A DNA stretch of 64,000 nucleotides, from the IMG/VR virus record IMGVR_UViG_3300034682_000252, positions 1 through 64,000 of that record; one strand, given 5' to 3'. Made by a program: the position numbers and the translations under genes. How positions within the stretch are numbered: the first letter of the stretch is position 1; every line of letters starts with the position of its first letter. The notes beneath the pieces are model-generated. The model had not been told where the DNA came from, made no database searches, and worked only from the letters and a program-made list of their open reading frames with translations. Of this stretch, positions 18,390-28,003 are shown in pieces. This DNA comes from a virus.

Positions 18390-18791
18390 TTAGCCGGCCA
18401 GGCCGAGCAGACCGCCCAGGAATTTCAGGATGACCACCGGATCGAGCGGCATCACCGGCACCTCCTCGGGCTTGAGGCGCAGCGTCAGCACCAGCACATC
18501 ACGGACCACCAGCCCGTAGAGCACAGACAGCGCCAGGACGTACATCACCGCCGAGCGGCCATAGGCCACGAACCGGCTACCGCTGGCCATGCTGAACGCG
18601 GTGGTCATGGCCTGGATGATCTGGGGCTCTTGCTCCACCTTCTTCATCATCACGGCCCATTGCGCCCGTTCGGCGTCCGAAGTGAACAGCCGATCACCGG
18701 CACTCCCCAGGGCGTCAATAACACCACCTGCAGCGACGGCCGCAGCCTCACCGGTGGCCTTGCCCAGCCCCAACATTGACAGCAAACCCAT
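18390..18791 (-). CDS. 3TM-type holin-like protein
   Basis: DRLFTSDAER...SRFVAYGRSAVMY plus C-terminal hydrophobic segments (GTA_holin_3TM pattern). Confidence 0.65.
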   Translation of the reverse strand: MGLLSMLGLGKATGEAAAVAAGGVIDALGSAGDRLFTSDAERAQWAVMMKKVEQEPQIIQAMTTAFSMASGSRFVAYGRSAVMYVLALSVLYGLVVRDVLVLTLRLKPEEVPVMPLDPVVILKFLGGLLGLAG

Positions 18792-18800
18792 ATAAACCTC

Positions 18801-19085
18801 CTACGTGATTTGAAATGCCCCGTTGCCGGTGACAATCACCGACCCGCAGGACACGTTATCCCCCACCACGCACACCGGAGCGCCGTTGATGGTGAAATTC
18901 TTGGAACCAATCCCGACCCCGGTGTGAGGCGGGTTATCGGGCTTGACGTGGAACGCCCAGAGCATTCCGTCACAGTGAACGGGCGTCCCGTTGACCGTAA
19001 ACAGCGGCTGGCCTTCCACAGCGGGCCGGGGCGGGTAACCGTCATGCCCGGAGCACAGGGACCCCTCGATTGCGACCTCTGCCAT
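18801..19085 (-). CDS. upfC: PAAR-like spike tip UpfC
   Basis: CSGHDGYPPRP...VCVVGDNVSCGS. Confidence 0.85.
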   Translation of the reverse strand: MAEVAIEGSLCSGHDGYPPRPAVEGQPLFTVNGTPVHCDGMLWAFHVKPDNPPHTGVGIGSKNFTINGAPVCVVGDNVSCGSVIVTGNGAFQIT

Positions 19086-19786
19086 CAGCCCAGACTCCAG
19101 GAGGCGCTGGACCCCTTGAAGGAGTAGCTACCGCCCGCCTCGAACGACACGCTCCCGCCCGCCTTGACGGAGTAATCCCCATCCGTCTCGAGAGTGGCAT
19201 TGCCCTTGATGGTCACCTTGAGCGCCCCGCCCACCTCCTGGGTGGTGTCGCCGGCGCTGGATTGGAATATGCCCTTCTCGCCATGGATCACGATCTCGCC
19301 GGCGCTGGTCAGCTCGACCGCCGAGCCGGTGGCCTTGTGGGTGAACCGCAAGGCGCCCTCTTTGGTCAGTTCGGCCAGGATGCCGTACAGGGAGAGGGTG
19401 GCGTTGCCGTGGTAGGTCGCCGCTTCCGGCTTGGGCTGTTTGGCGGTGCGCTTGTGCTTGTGGGCCTGTTTGCCGGCGAAGGCCTCGTGCGGCATGTTCA
19501 GCACCCCATCAGGGGCGTACAGGCAGCCGCCCGTGATGATGGGGCAACGGGTATCGCCGTGATCGAACTCGACCCAGACCAGATCCCCCACCGCGCAGGG
19601 GATGGCGCCGCCCATATTGGCCCGGGTGCCCAGTGGGAGGCGCGGCTCAGCCCAAGGCAGTTCCTCGTTTCTCATGCCATCCCAGAGCCCCAGGACGCGG
19701 ATTTGCACCTTGTAGTGCCCCTGGGGGTGGTTGACGTTGGTCACTATCGCCCGGTGGGAGCCCAGGAGCTTTCTCGGTTCACTCAT
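19085..19786 (-). CDS. 5: Baseplate spike (gp5/gpV OB fold + beta helix)
   Basis: HRAIVTNVNHP, LPWAEP, GDLVWVEFDHGD, repetitive beta C-terminus. Confidence 0.9.
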   Translation of the reverse strand: MSEPRKLLGSHRAIVTNVNHPQGHYKVQIRVLGLWDGMRNEELPWAEPRLPLGTRANMGGAIPCAVGDLVWVEFDHGDTRCPIITGGCLYAPDGVLNMPHEAFAGKQAHKHKRTAKQPKPEAATYHGNATLSLYGILAELTKEGALRFTHKATGSAVELTSAGEIVIHGEKGIFQSSAGDTTQEVGGALKVTIKGNATLETDGDYSVKAGGSVSFEAGGSYSFKGSSASWSLG

Positions 19787-20778
19787 ATCTGGCTCGCCCC
19801 CGTGGTCAGCTTGCAGCGGTATTCGTTGTTCTCGTCGATGTGGCTCACGGTCATGATCACCTGCTTGGCCGGCAGTGACTCATCGAGCACGTAGCCGCGG
19901 TTGATGCGGTGAAGGCGGATCCCGACCGTCATCCCGGCCATGTAGGTGCCATTGCCTGGCATGTCACACACCAGCGCCGGCACGGTATTGGCCCCCATGC
20001 CATCGAGCTCGTCCAGGGTGGCCCCTGGCACGAAACGACGGGGCGCCTCGGGGTTAACCTGACTGACCATCAGGCCGGCCACGGTGTCCCACGACATGTA
20101 ATTGCGCTGCACCTCGCGCTCCGCATTGGGCGCCTCGTACAGGGGCTTGTAGCCCAGGATCGGGTGGGCGGTTCGTTGTGCCTGGTACTCCAGGACGGGG
20201 TATCCGTCCTTCTGGCCACCCAGCATGTTGCGGGGGATGCAGTAGACCGTCCCCCTCGCCACCCAGATCGCCGCGCCAAGGTCACGTTCCATCTTTTTCA
20301 GGACGCTCCCCGGGGTGGCGCTGGCCGTGATGTGGTGCGTCACCTTGCGGGTGGTGAAGGTGGTTTGAATTTTGTAGCCCGGGAACAGGTCGGCCAGCAT
20401 GTCCGCCACCCTCACCCCGATGAAGAAACGGGGCTTGGGGGCGGGCTGCTTGAGGGCGAAGATCCCCGCCTCCAGAGCCTCCACGCGCAGGCGCCGGCCA
20501 TCCGGCTTGATGGACACCACAATGAAGGTGGATTTGAAGTAGGCGCGGCCGCGGCCGTTCACGTCCCCCATGGCCAACTCCAGGGTGGCGCCACTCACTA
20601 GCCTCATGCCGTCCCGCAGGGTGCTATCCAGATCGTTGAGTGTGAGGATCAACTGAGGGCCATCCAGGTTGGTATCCTCGATGTAGACGCCGCGAACCAG
20701 GTTGAAGATCGGCGCCTCTTGGCCGTTTATCTTGAGCTCCTGGAAAAACCGATGTTGGGGCTTCTGACCAGCCATCAC
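19783..20778 (-). CDS. 6: Baseplate hub, P1 gp6-like
   Basis: YIEDTNLDGPQLIL, LDESLP; synteny 24-6-5. Confidence 0.75.
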   Translation of the reverse strand: MMAGQKPQHRFFQELKINGQEAPIFNLVRGVYIEDTNLDGPQLILTLNDLDSTLRDGMRLVSGATLELAMGDVNGRGRAYFKSTFIVVSIKPDGRRLRVEALEAGIFALKQPAPKPRFFIGVRVADMLADLFPGYKIQTTFTTRKVTHHITASATPGSVLKKMERDLGAAIWVARGTVYCIPRNMLGGQKDGYPVLEYQAQRTAHPILGYKPLYEAPNAEREVQRNYMSWDTVAGLMVSQVNPEAPRRFVPGATLDELDGMGANTVPALVCDMPGNGTYMAGMTVGIRLHRINRGYVLDESLPAKQVIMTVSHIDENNEYRCKLTTGASQI

Positions 20779-21539
20779 ACACCCCCGAACAGAGCCACCG
20801 GCTCCAGCAGGGTGTAATTGACGACTTGCTCCCCGATACCTTGGGCCTCGAAGGCTTCCGCGATCACCTCAATGGTGCATGACAGGGCCATTAGGCGGTC
20901 TGTCTCCACCCCGGGGCTCACGTCCTCCCACATCAGGACGCTGGTCAGCACGTCGGCGCCGGCCGGGATCGGGGTGTTGAAGAGGTGGATCTGATAGCCA
21001 AACTTGCGGGCATGGTGGCGGAAGTATGCCCCCAGCAGGGATGAGAGCAGATCCAGCGACTCCAGATCCCACGCCAGGATTGCCACCCGGTAACTCATGG
21101 CCAGGTGATGCTGGTGGATGGTGGCCGCCGAGCCATCGCTGAACCCCAGTTCGTTCCAGTTCCGCACCGGGGCGGCTCGATCCCCCTCATAGACGGAGTG
21201 CCCCAGGTCGCGCTGGAACATCATGATCGGCAGGGCCTGCTTGTTGATGGCCTTCCCCAGCTTGGTTTCTTCCAGCCGGCCACGACCAGCGGCCCGTAAG
21301 GCCTTCATGAAGGCTCTGGGGTCGCTGTATGGTGACTTGATGATCTGCTCGGCTGGTGGACGTGCCAGGAAGGCCCTCACGTCGTTATAGGCGGGGCCAG
21401 GGCGGGATACGGTCACCCCGCGCAGGGCAGCCACCAGCATATTGCCAAAGCCGCGATCCACCCCATCCAGGGTGCTAACCTCGCGCTCCTCGAGCGGGGT
21501 CTTAATTACCTCGCTCCAGGACAGGATAGGGGCGCTCAT
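20775..21539 (-). CDS. 24: Tail terminator, P1 gp24-like
   Basis: STLDGVDRGFG; synteny; ATG 21539 overlaps the upstream stop. Confidence 0.7.
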   Translation of the reverse strand: MSAPILSWSEVIKTPLEEREVSTLDGVDRGFGNMLVAALRGVTVSRPGPAYNDVRAFLARPPAEQIIKSPYSDPRAFMKALRAAGRGRLEETKLGKAINKQALPIMMFQRDLGHSVYEGDRAAPVRNWNELGFSDGSAATIHQHHLAMSYRVAILAWDLESLDLLSSLLGAYFRHHARKFGYQIHLFNTPIPAGADVLTSVLMWEDVSPGVETDRLMALSCTIEVIAEAFEAQGIGEQVVNYTLLEPVALFGGV

Positions 21540-21844
21540 ACCGGCACCCCCACATAATGGATGCGCTTGCCGCTGCAGGTGGCCCACTGGTGTTCCATCA
21601 GGGCACCCTTGCTGTTCACCCAGCCCGGGAGAAAGTGCAGCTCGTCGGCAATCGCCACCATGGGGCGGCACAGCTCCATGTACTGGGCATGGGTCAGCCC
21701 CAGGGGGAAGATGGCCGGGTTCAAGGCAATGTGCCCGGAGGCCTCTATTTTGGCGGCGTAGGCGTGAAACGCCGGGCGGTTGAAATTAGGGAGCCCTGTC
21801 ATTGGGCCCGCCACGTAGATCTTTCGCTGGGTCTGCTCAATCAC
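21536..21844 (-). CDS. DUF4406 (nucleoside deoxyribosyltransferase-like) protein
   Basis: KIYVAGPMTGLPNFNRPAF...NPA...LPGWVNSKGALME. Confidence 0.85.
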   Translation of the reverse strand: MIEQTQRKIYVAGPMTGLPNFNRPAFHAYAAKIEASGHIALNPAIFPLGLTHAQYMELCRPMVAIADELHFLPGWVNSKGALMEHQWATCSGKRIHYVGVPV

Positions 21845-22377
21845 TCCTCACCTCCTGTCAGCACTTCAATGGCAGCCTCTTGGGCCTTCTCCAGGTCACC
21901 GCACGGGATGCAGGTATGCAGCGCTCCCACGGCAGCGGTACCCACGGCCTCTACGTGGTGGATGTACCACCAGACGCGCCGGTTCTGGCCGTCGGCTATC
22001 TCCTCCTCGAACTCCACGATGGAGCCCAGCGGGGCGACGCCGGCAGAGAGCAGCAGGATCAGGGTGTCCCCTGCCCCGGCCCCCATACCGTCCTCCTCGT
22101 CCCACATGGCGGAGAACATCGGATCATCCTGGGCGGCCACCAGGGCGGAGATCAGCGCCGGCTCCTGGTAGGTCACCGCCTGCTGGTGGCGGTCCAGCGA
22201 ACCGAATAGGGCCTCCTCGTCTCCCTCCTGGGGAACCGTGGCGACCCCGGGCATGTAGATCAGCACGTCGAAGGCGTCGGGGTGTCCCTCCACCAGCCGG
22301 CGCCAGTCCTCGCGCACCAGGTCATTGAATGGGGAGTGCCCACTATTGCGGGCACGGGTCAAAACGGGGGTGGTCAC
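21841..22377 (-). CDS. 7: P1 gp7-like neck/tail protein
   Basis: GHSPFNDLVREDW, PDAFD, WYIH...GTAAVGAL. Confidence 0.8.
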   Translation of the reverse strand: MTTPVLTRARNSGHSPFNDLVREDWRRLVEGHPDAFDVLIYMPGVATVPQEGDEEALFGSLDRHQQAVTYQEPALISALVAAQDDPMFSAMWDEEDGMGAGAGDTLILLLSAGVAPLGSIVEFEEEIADGQNRRVWWYIHHVEAVGTAAVGALHTCIPCGDLEKAQEAAIEVLTGGEE

Positions 22378-23591
22378 TTGACGATCTCCTTGAGCTTGGC
22401 GATGGGCATTTTCTGCTGCTTGGCGAAGGCCTCGAGCGCCTGCTCCCGGGGCAGCCCTGCCACCTTGAAGGCGTCGGAAAAGGCCTGGAATTGGTACTTG
22501 AGCCGGTCGCGCAGCAGCTCGGCCGCCTGCTTGCGCAGTGCCTCGTTTTCCTCGGCCAGCTTGCGGGCCTTCTCCTTGGATTTGGTGGCCTGCTTGCGGG
22601 CCTTGGTGGCCTTCTCACGCAGCGTCTCCACCAGCTTCTTGCTGGCCTTGATGCGGTCCTTGGCACCCTGCTGGCGAGCCTGGTACTTCTCCCAGGCGGC
22701 CTTGACCTTCTCGGCGTTGACGCTGGTGGTCTTGTTGCGGGCGAGCTCCTTCTCGTCCTCGTCCTCGAACACCTTTTCTGTTCGGCTATCGTCGCCATAG
22801 CCGGCGCGGCGAGCCTGGTCCGCCATCTGGCGCCCCAGCACCTTCTGCCAGACCGGCGACTGCATCATGGTCATGGCCTTGATGACGTGCTTACAGGCCA
22901 GGCCGGCTAGTTCGGGGTTGGTTATCTTGGGGAAGGCGAACTCTTTGGGCGGCGCAATGGCGTAGTTGCCCAGGGTGGCCATGTAGCGGTACCGGTACTG
23001 GTGATCGCCGCAGTCACAGGCAATCGAGATCCGGCCGGCGCAGGCCTTCTTGGTGGCGAGCTCGTAACTCCTGACCGTGCCGGAGGCGTCGGCCATGTAA
23101 CTCTCCCACTCCTCCAGGCGCAGCATGACGCGGTGCTCCTGGTGGACGGAGATCTCGGAGGCCTTCACCCGGATGGTGGCGACGTTGGCCCGGATGGCCA
23201 GCAGTGCGGCCTTGCTGATCCCGCGGCGGTCATTGGAGCGGTTGCTCGCCCGGTCGATACGGGTCTTGGCGGAGCGGTGCGCCACCTCCAGGTAAGTGAC
23301 CCCCGGCATTCCGCCCATGCGCTTCTTGAACTTCTTGCGCATCTTGTCAAAGCGGATCAAGTCGTCCTGGGTGAACTCGGTCCCGTCAGCCTTGCGGCCC
23401 AGGCGCACCAGGTCCTGGACCTTGTTGCGGCGCCCCTTGCTGAACAGCGCCGGCGTCAGGGTGCGGCGAGCGCTCCGACGCTTGGAATTGTTCTTGCGCT
23501 GGATCTCCTTGAACACCCGCATAAAGTCGCGATGGTCCAGGCCTTCGGTGAGGTAGCGCTCCTTGGCGTCCTGCTCGAAGATGCGGGGCAT
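22374..23591 (-). CDS. 25: P1 gp25-like protein with SWIM-type Zn finger
   Basis: CDCGDHQYRYRY...ACKH; synteny 26-25-7. Confidence 0.8.
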   Translation of the reverse strand: MPRIFEQDAKERYLTEGLDHRDFMRVFKEIQRKNNSKRRSARRTLTPALFSKGRRNKVQDLVRLGRKADGTEFTQDDLIRFDKMRKKFKKRMGGMPGVTYLEVAHRSAKTRIDRASNRSNDRRGISKAALLAIRANVATIRVKASEISVHQEHRVMLRLEEWESYMADASGTVRSYELATKKACAGRISIACDCGDHQYRYRYMATLGNYAIAPPKEFAFPKITNPELAGLACKHVIKAMTMMQSPVWQKVLGRQMADQARRAGYGDDSRTEKVFEDEDEKELARNKTTSVNAEKVKAAWEKYQARQQGAKDRIKASKKLVETLREKATKARKQATKSKEKARKLAEENEALRKQAAELLRDRLKYQFQAFSDAFKVAGLPREQALEAFAKQQKMPIAKLKEIVK

Positions 23592-23593
23592 GG

Positions 23594-23917
23594 CTACAGC
23601 CCCCCGCCATCAGCAAAATGCCGGATGGTTTCCCGCAGCCAGGCGGCGGTAGGCAGGCGCAGCACCACCCCCTCGGGGAGTGGGTCGGCCTCGTCCTCCA
23701 CATCAGCCACAACGGAGAACACCCAGCGGAGATCCGCATTGCCATATACCCGGTATGCGGCCAGGTCGCGGCGATAGACTTCATCCTGGCGGATCTCGTA
23801 CTCCAGGATTTCGGGGCTGGTGACGTCGGCTGAATAGGCGAGCACTTCCGCGAACAGGTACGACCGCAGAATGTCGTCCTCGATGTTGAGGGCGGATAGG
23901 CGGGACAGTTCGGTCAT
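23594..23917 (-). CDS. 26: Baseplate protein, P1 gp26-like
   Basis: DEVYRRDLAAYRVYGNADLRWV, LPTAAWLR. Confidence 0.85.
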   Translation of the reverse strand: MTELSRLSALNIEDDILRSYLFAEVLAYSADVTSPEILEYEIRQDEVYRRDLAAYRVYGNADLRWVFSVVADVEDEADPLPEGVVLRLPTAAWLRETIRHFADGGGL

Positions 23918-24573
23918 GACGGCAGCTCCCAGGATCCTGGTGTCGTGGGCAGTGAGCTCACCCGGGGATCGTCATAGCCCCTGGTGATGGCATGGAAGGA
24001 GGTGATCAGAGCGGTGTCGTCTCTATGCCCCCCAATCTGGCCATAGAGCCGTTCAAGGTAGGTCGAGTGCATCGGCCCCTGGCACATGGCCCCGTAGATG
24101 AGCAGCAGCAGGACGCGGGAAGCGTCTTTGAGTTGGGGCCAGTCGATTTCATAGGCCGCCTTGCCGTTATCGCCCATCTTGATGTTCATGATGGATTCGG
24201 GGATCTGGTACTGGGCGCCACCCTCGCCCGGGTAGACCAGGGCCCCCATGGCGGACAGGGAGCGGTAACGTTCCATCGCCAGGGCCAGCACAGGACGACC
24301 GTCGGCGGTCTTGTCATCGAGACGGATGCGGTAGCCCAGGCCCGCCAGCAAGCCGGTAGGGTCCTCAATCATCAGGGTGGCATCAAACCCACCAGCGGCA
24401 TTTTTGGCGACCATGGCCTCCACCTGCTTTCGGATCTTGGCGATAGAGCGGGGGAGCGTGGTCAGAGAGAGAACGTGTAGGGCGTTGGGCGTCAGCGAAC
24501 CGGCCAGCATGATTGGTGCCTGCTTGGCCTGCAGCGAAATCGCCAAAACGTTGATAGGTGCGGGTTGGCTCAA
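23914..24573 (-). CDS. mat: Maturation control protein Mat
   Basis: ADGRPVLALAMERYR, YQIPESI, YEIDW; follows ref as in P1. Confidence 0.8.
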   Translation of the reverse strand: MSQPAPINVLAISLQAKQAPIMLAGSLTPNALHVLSLTTLPRSIAKIRKQVEAMVAKNAAGGFDATLMIEDPTGLLAGLGYRIRLDDKTADGRPVLALAMERYRSLSAMGALVYPGEGGAQYQIPESIMNIKMGDNGKAAYEIDWPQLKDASRVLLLLIYGAMCQGPMHSTYLERLYGQIGGHRDDTALITSFHAITRGYDDPRVSSLPTTPGSWELPS

Positions 24574-24584
24574 GGTTCACCCCT

Positions 24585-24607
24585 AAAAAAAGCGCCCGGA
24601 GGCGCTT
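24585..24607 (-). terminator. Intrinsic terminator immediately before the mat RBS
   Basis: Minus strand AAGCGCC-TCCG-GGCGC followed by T7. Confidence 0.75.
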
Positions 24608-24664
24608 CAAACATGTAAGGAAGCTGTCAGAGTGCGAAGTGGGTCAACACCCGCACCGGCAGTA

Positions 24665-25375
24665 TTACACGATGAGGTTAGGATGTGTGAAATAGCCTAA
24701 ATTGGCCGCCCTCTCGGTCAGGCTGCCCAGCATGTCCGGGATCTTCTCTTCCAGGCCGGCCATGCACCAGGCCTGGATCAGCATTTCGATCTCGCTCCCG
24801 AATCGCCGTTCCCATGCGGCACGACCGCCCAATGAGCCCTTGGCGTGACGCGGGATAAGGTCCGGGTACTTCTGGCGGGCCTCGGCATCGGCGGGGGTGT
24901 CGTGGTGCCAGATACACATGGGCAGGGTTCGATAGTGGGCGCCCGGTTCGGTGCGCCCGGTGACGTGGTGCAAAGAGATAACGGGATTGGTTCGGCCCTC
25001 GCGCAGGCAGCACAGGCAAGGCAGCGCCCCCAGCTTATCCATGACCCGCTGCTCATCGGCCGTCGGGGTGCGCCCCTTCATGCCGCGGCAGCTTTTCTTG
25101 CTGGTGGATGGTGCCGGCGTCGCCCTGGGGGCCTTCTGCTTGGCGGCCTGCTTCTGCTCTCGCTTGAGCTGCTGGGCGGCCTGGTATTTAGGGTCGGCCA
25201 GCTTGGCCTGGCGCCGCTGGATCTGGCGCTCGACCCTGGCGGCCTCCTTCTCGCGCTGGGCGGCCTGATAGGCGGGATCCGCCTGCTTGGCTCGCTGCCT
25301 GGCAAAAGCCCGGGCTTGTGCGTCCCGGGCCTTCTGTCTGGCCTTCTCAAAATCCACTGATTTGGACAGTGCCAT
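24665..25375 (-). CDS. ref: Ref, RecA-dependent HNH nuclease
   Basis: Basic N-terminus; GMKGRTPTADE, PCLCC, LHH, PMCIWHH, HAKG. Confidence 0.9.
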   Translation of the reverse strand: MALSKSVDFEKARQKARDAQARAFARQRAKQADPAYQAAQREKEAARVERQIQRRQAKLADPKYQAAQQLKREQKQAAKQKAPRATPAPSTSKKSCRGMKGRTPTADEQRVMDKLGALPCLCCLREGRTNPVISLHHVTGRTEPGAHYRTLPMCIWHHDTPADAEARQKYPDLIPRHAKGSLGGRAAWERRFGSEIEMLIQAWCMAGLEEKIPDMLGSLTERAANLGYFTHPNLIV

Positions 25376-25385
25376 GTCCAGCCCC

Positions 25386-26003
25386 TTACGCGGCCACACC
25401 CAGATCGCGCAGCAGGGCTTGCACCTGGGCCAGCTTCTGGATCTTGTCGTTTACCTGGTCCGTCTCCAGAGTGATCTGGATGGCGAGCTCGTCCAGCTCG
25501 GTGGATAGGCTGGTGAGCTGGCGCAGTTGCTGGCGAACCCCCTCCACCACTTCAACCACCTCGCCAGCAATGGCGGCTATGCGGTCGGTGGCGGCCTGGA
25601 TGGGGTTAGGCACCTCTTGCGCTGCTGCCGGGGCGGCCTGGACGCTGGTCGGGGCATACACTGGAACGGTGGCGGCCTGGCGAATGGTGATCTCGAGGGA
25701 GGTAGTCATGCTGGCGGTGTCCTTGTCTGATTCTTGGGATGGTTCATAAGGTTGGCTGGCGTCAAAGGCGGCACGGAACCGGCCGCTATTGGTGACCACC
25801 AGCCCGACGCGGACCAAGCTATGGAGGCAGCCCTCTATGATGTTGTGCGCCATGTGGCGGCCCCTGGCCACCAGCACGGCACGGATTTGATGGATGGTCA
25901 GCGATTCATCGACCAGCAGGGCATCAAAAACCTTACGGGCTTGGATAGTCTGCTCGCGCAGCAGGCGGGAAAGGCGGTGAGGGGTCATTATTTCGCACCC
26001 CAC
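25386..26003 (-). CDS. Hypothetical wHTH + coiled-coil protein
   Basis: GCLHSLVRVGLV wing motif; heptad-rich C-terminus. Confidence 0.65.
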   Translation of the reverse strand: MGCEIMTPHRLSRLLREQTIQARKVFDALLVDESLTIHQIRAVLVARGRHMAHNIIEGCLHSLVRVGLVVTNSGRFRAAFDASQPYEPSQESDKDTASMTTSLEITIRQAATVPVYAPTSVQAAPAAAQEVPNPIQAATDRIAAIAGEVVEVVEGVRQQLRQLTSLSTELDELAIQITLETDQVNDKIQKLAQVQALLRDLGVAA

Positions 26004-26139
26004 AGCAGGACATGAACAAAAACGATTGAGTTAGATTGGCGCATACACTACGATCTCTCTGCTTCTTGAGACGGGAACCCCTTGGGGGCTACCTGAACAA
26101 TTACGAACCCCCTGGCCTCGGCTGGGGGTTTTCGTTTCT

Positions 26140-26164
26140 AAAGCCCGGCCACCAGCCGGGCTTT
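26140..26164. terminator. Terminator hairpin
   Basis: AAAGCCCGGC-cacca-GCCGGGCTTT. Confidence 0.7.
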
Positions 26165-26167
26165 GTC

Positions 26168-26704
26168 TTATTTGGCGTCGCCAGCCTTCGGCTTACGCTT
26201 CGCACCCTGGGGGGCAGCCGGCGCCTTGTCGGCCACCATCGCCGTCAGTTGTTGCATCTGGTTCATGATGAACTGGTTGCGGTCCAGTTCGGCGCGGTCG
26301 CGCAGCTTGCCAAGCATCACATTCAGGCGACCCTGGCGAGCCTGGCTTACTGCCCACACTTCCATCAGCAGCTCTGGCAACGGCTGCTCGCCCACTCTCA
26401 CATCACCCAGCGTTGCGGCCATGGTTTCCAGCACCAGGGAGTTATTGTCCGGGTTCACGTTGAATGCAGTCAGGACCAGGGTGGACATGGCATTGCCAAT
26501 GCCAGTCAGCACGGCCTCGGGACCCTGTTCGGCCACGGCCGCATTAACGCAGTGCTGCAGATAGTTGCGGGCCATGGATTGGCGCAGCAGCTCGGTTTCA
26601 GAAACCTGTTCCTCTGCCCCTGCTTGAGCCTGCTCCTCGGCGAGCTGCTGGGCGGCAAGTTGTTCTTGTTCGGTGGCCAGGGCCTGAGTGTCTTGCATTT
26701 TCAT
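26168..26704 (-). CDS. Hypothetical protein
   Basis: AAGGA RBS, phage-like codon usage, followed by a terminator. Confidence 0.75.
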   Translation of the reverse strand: MKMQDTQALATEQEQLAAQQLAEEQAQAGAEEQVSETELLRQSMARNYLQHCVNAAVAEQGPEAVLTGIGNAMSTLVLTAFNVNPDNNSLVLETMAATLGDVRVGEQPLPELLMEVWAVSQARQGRLNVMLGKLRDRAELDRNQFIMNQMQQLTAMVADKAPAAPQGAKRKPKAGDAK

Positions 26705-26732
26705 TCCTTACATTGGTTGGGGTTGTGATGGG

Positions 26733-27194
26733 TTACAGGGCCTGGTCTAGCTGGTAGCGCACAGCTTCTCGCTGCTGCTCCAGCTCGGCCAAGGCTGATG
26801 TTCTTTGGAGCGGTTCATTCGTCACGATCACCGTGCCGGTATTGGCCGGTGCGGGGCGCCGAGCGGCAGCCACCAGCAAGGGGTGATCGGGAGAGCCCAC
26901 GACCACGACTTGCACCGGGCAGGGTAGCCCCACGGATTCCGCGATATAGCCGCCCCCCTTGGGGTGGTGAATATTGAACAGGGCGGACCCCTCCAGGGAG
27001 CGCACGATGCCCGCCTGGGCGGCGCTATCTACCGCCACCAGCACCGTCAGGGCGCCAGTGGCCTTGTTAACAAGACTCCTGACCAGGTGGGCCACCATGG
27101 AGGCCGGGAAGGGGCGAACTCGCCCAACGGGGGTTGCTGGGTCGCCCAGGGAGTAGGGGTCCGGTGACATGAAATAGCCGCTCCTGTTTAACAC
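26733..27194 (-). CDS. Hypothetical protein
   Basis: First ORF of the leftward operon; alternative start ATG 27170 with GGAG. Confidence 0.6.
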   Translation of the reverse strand: MLNRSGYFMSPDPYSLGDPATPVGRVRPFPASMVAHLVRSLVNKATGALTVLVAVDSAAQAGIVRSLEGSALFNIHHPKGGGYIAESVGLPCPVQVVVVGSPDHPLLVAAARRPAPANTGTVIVTNEPLQRTSALAELEQQREAVRYQLDQAL

Positions 27195-27391
27195 CCTTTA
27201 ATTCAGGGCTTCGGGTTAGGATGTGAGTCCGACAAGGATACCGTTCTGTTCGCGCTAAGCAAGGGGGAATAGCTCACACGCCGGAAAATATTTCACTCCA
27301 ATCTCTTCTTTTCGGAAATATCTTCCTATAGGATGGATTCATACATATACCATAAAACAGGGATAAAGGTTAGGATATGGGGATCAACACC
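27195..27391. promoter_or_regulatory. Divergent promoter region carrying both operator-like motifs
   Basis: GTTAGGATGT 27215, GTTAGGATAT 27369, GGAAAATATTTCA 27283, GGAAATATCTTCC 27314; AT-rich. Confidence 0.7.
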
Positions 27392-27958
27392 ATGAGCATT
27401 ATCAGCGCGGCTGTATCACACCTCAAAGAGCCATCCATGGAGCGAGCAGAAGAGGCGGCCCGCAGCCTGGCCGAGCGTTACATGATAGGCCTAGAGGCGG
27501 CCGGCTGGGATGTGAACGTGGCTTACCCCATGCCCAAATCCACTATGTCACGGATCGACTATCAGCCCCTTATGGCCCGCCACAACCTCGCCAAGCGCCT
27601 GACCACCTACGACAACGAGCGCAACGACATTAAAACCGGAGCGGGTCGCGCCCACTACCGGGTATGGAACAAGGACGCCGTTGAGCGGCTGGTGGCCGAA
27701 GCCCGCGAACAGGCCGCCCAGCAGTACGACGCCTTTGTCGCCAAGCTGGTGGGCAAGGTGGAGGCTGACGGGCCGGTGGTGGAGGCCATCCTCACCGGCG
27801 AGCACGTTTGGGGGCATTCCATCCTGACCGTGTGCCACGCCGACGGCACCACCCACAAATGGCGCACCGAAATGATTATCAACGTCTCGAAACTGGGGAC
27901 CCTGTTCAACCAGTGGCCCACCCGCAAACTCAAGCCGGCCAAGCGCAAAGCAGCCTGA
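27392..27958 (+). CDS. Hypothetical protein
   Basis: First ORF of the plus-strand operon; alternative start 27377. Confidence 0.75.
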   Translation: MSIISAAVSHLKEPSMERAEEAARSLAERYMIGLEAAGWDVNVAYPMPKSTMSRIDYQPLMARHNLAKRLTTYDNERNDIKTGAGRAHYRVWNKDAVERLVAEAREQAAQQYDAFVAKLVGKVEADGPVVEAILTGEHVWGHSILTVCHADGTTHKWRTEMIINVSKLGTLFNQWPTRKLKPAKRKAA

Positions 27959-28003
27959 CCAAGCCGGCCCCGCCCTGGGGCCATCCATTACCAGGAACAC
28001 ACC

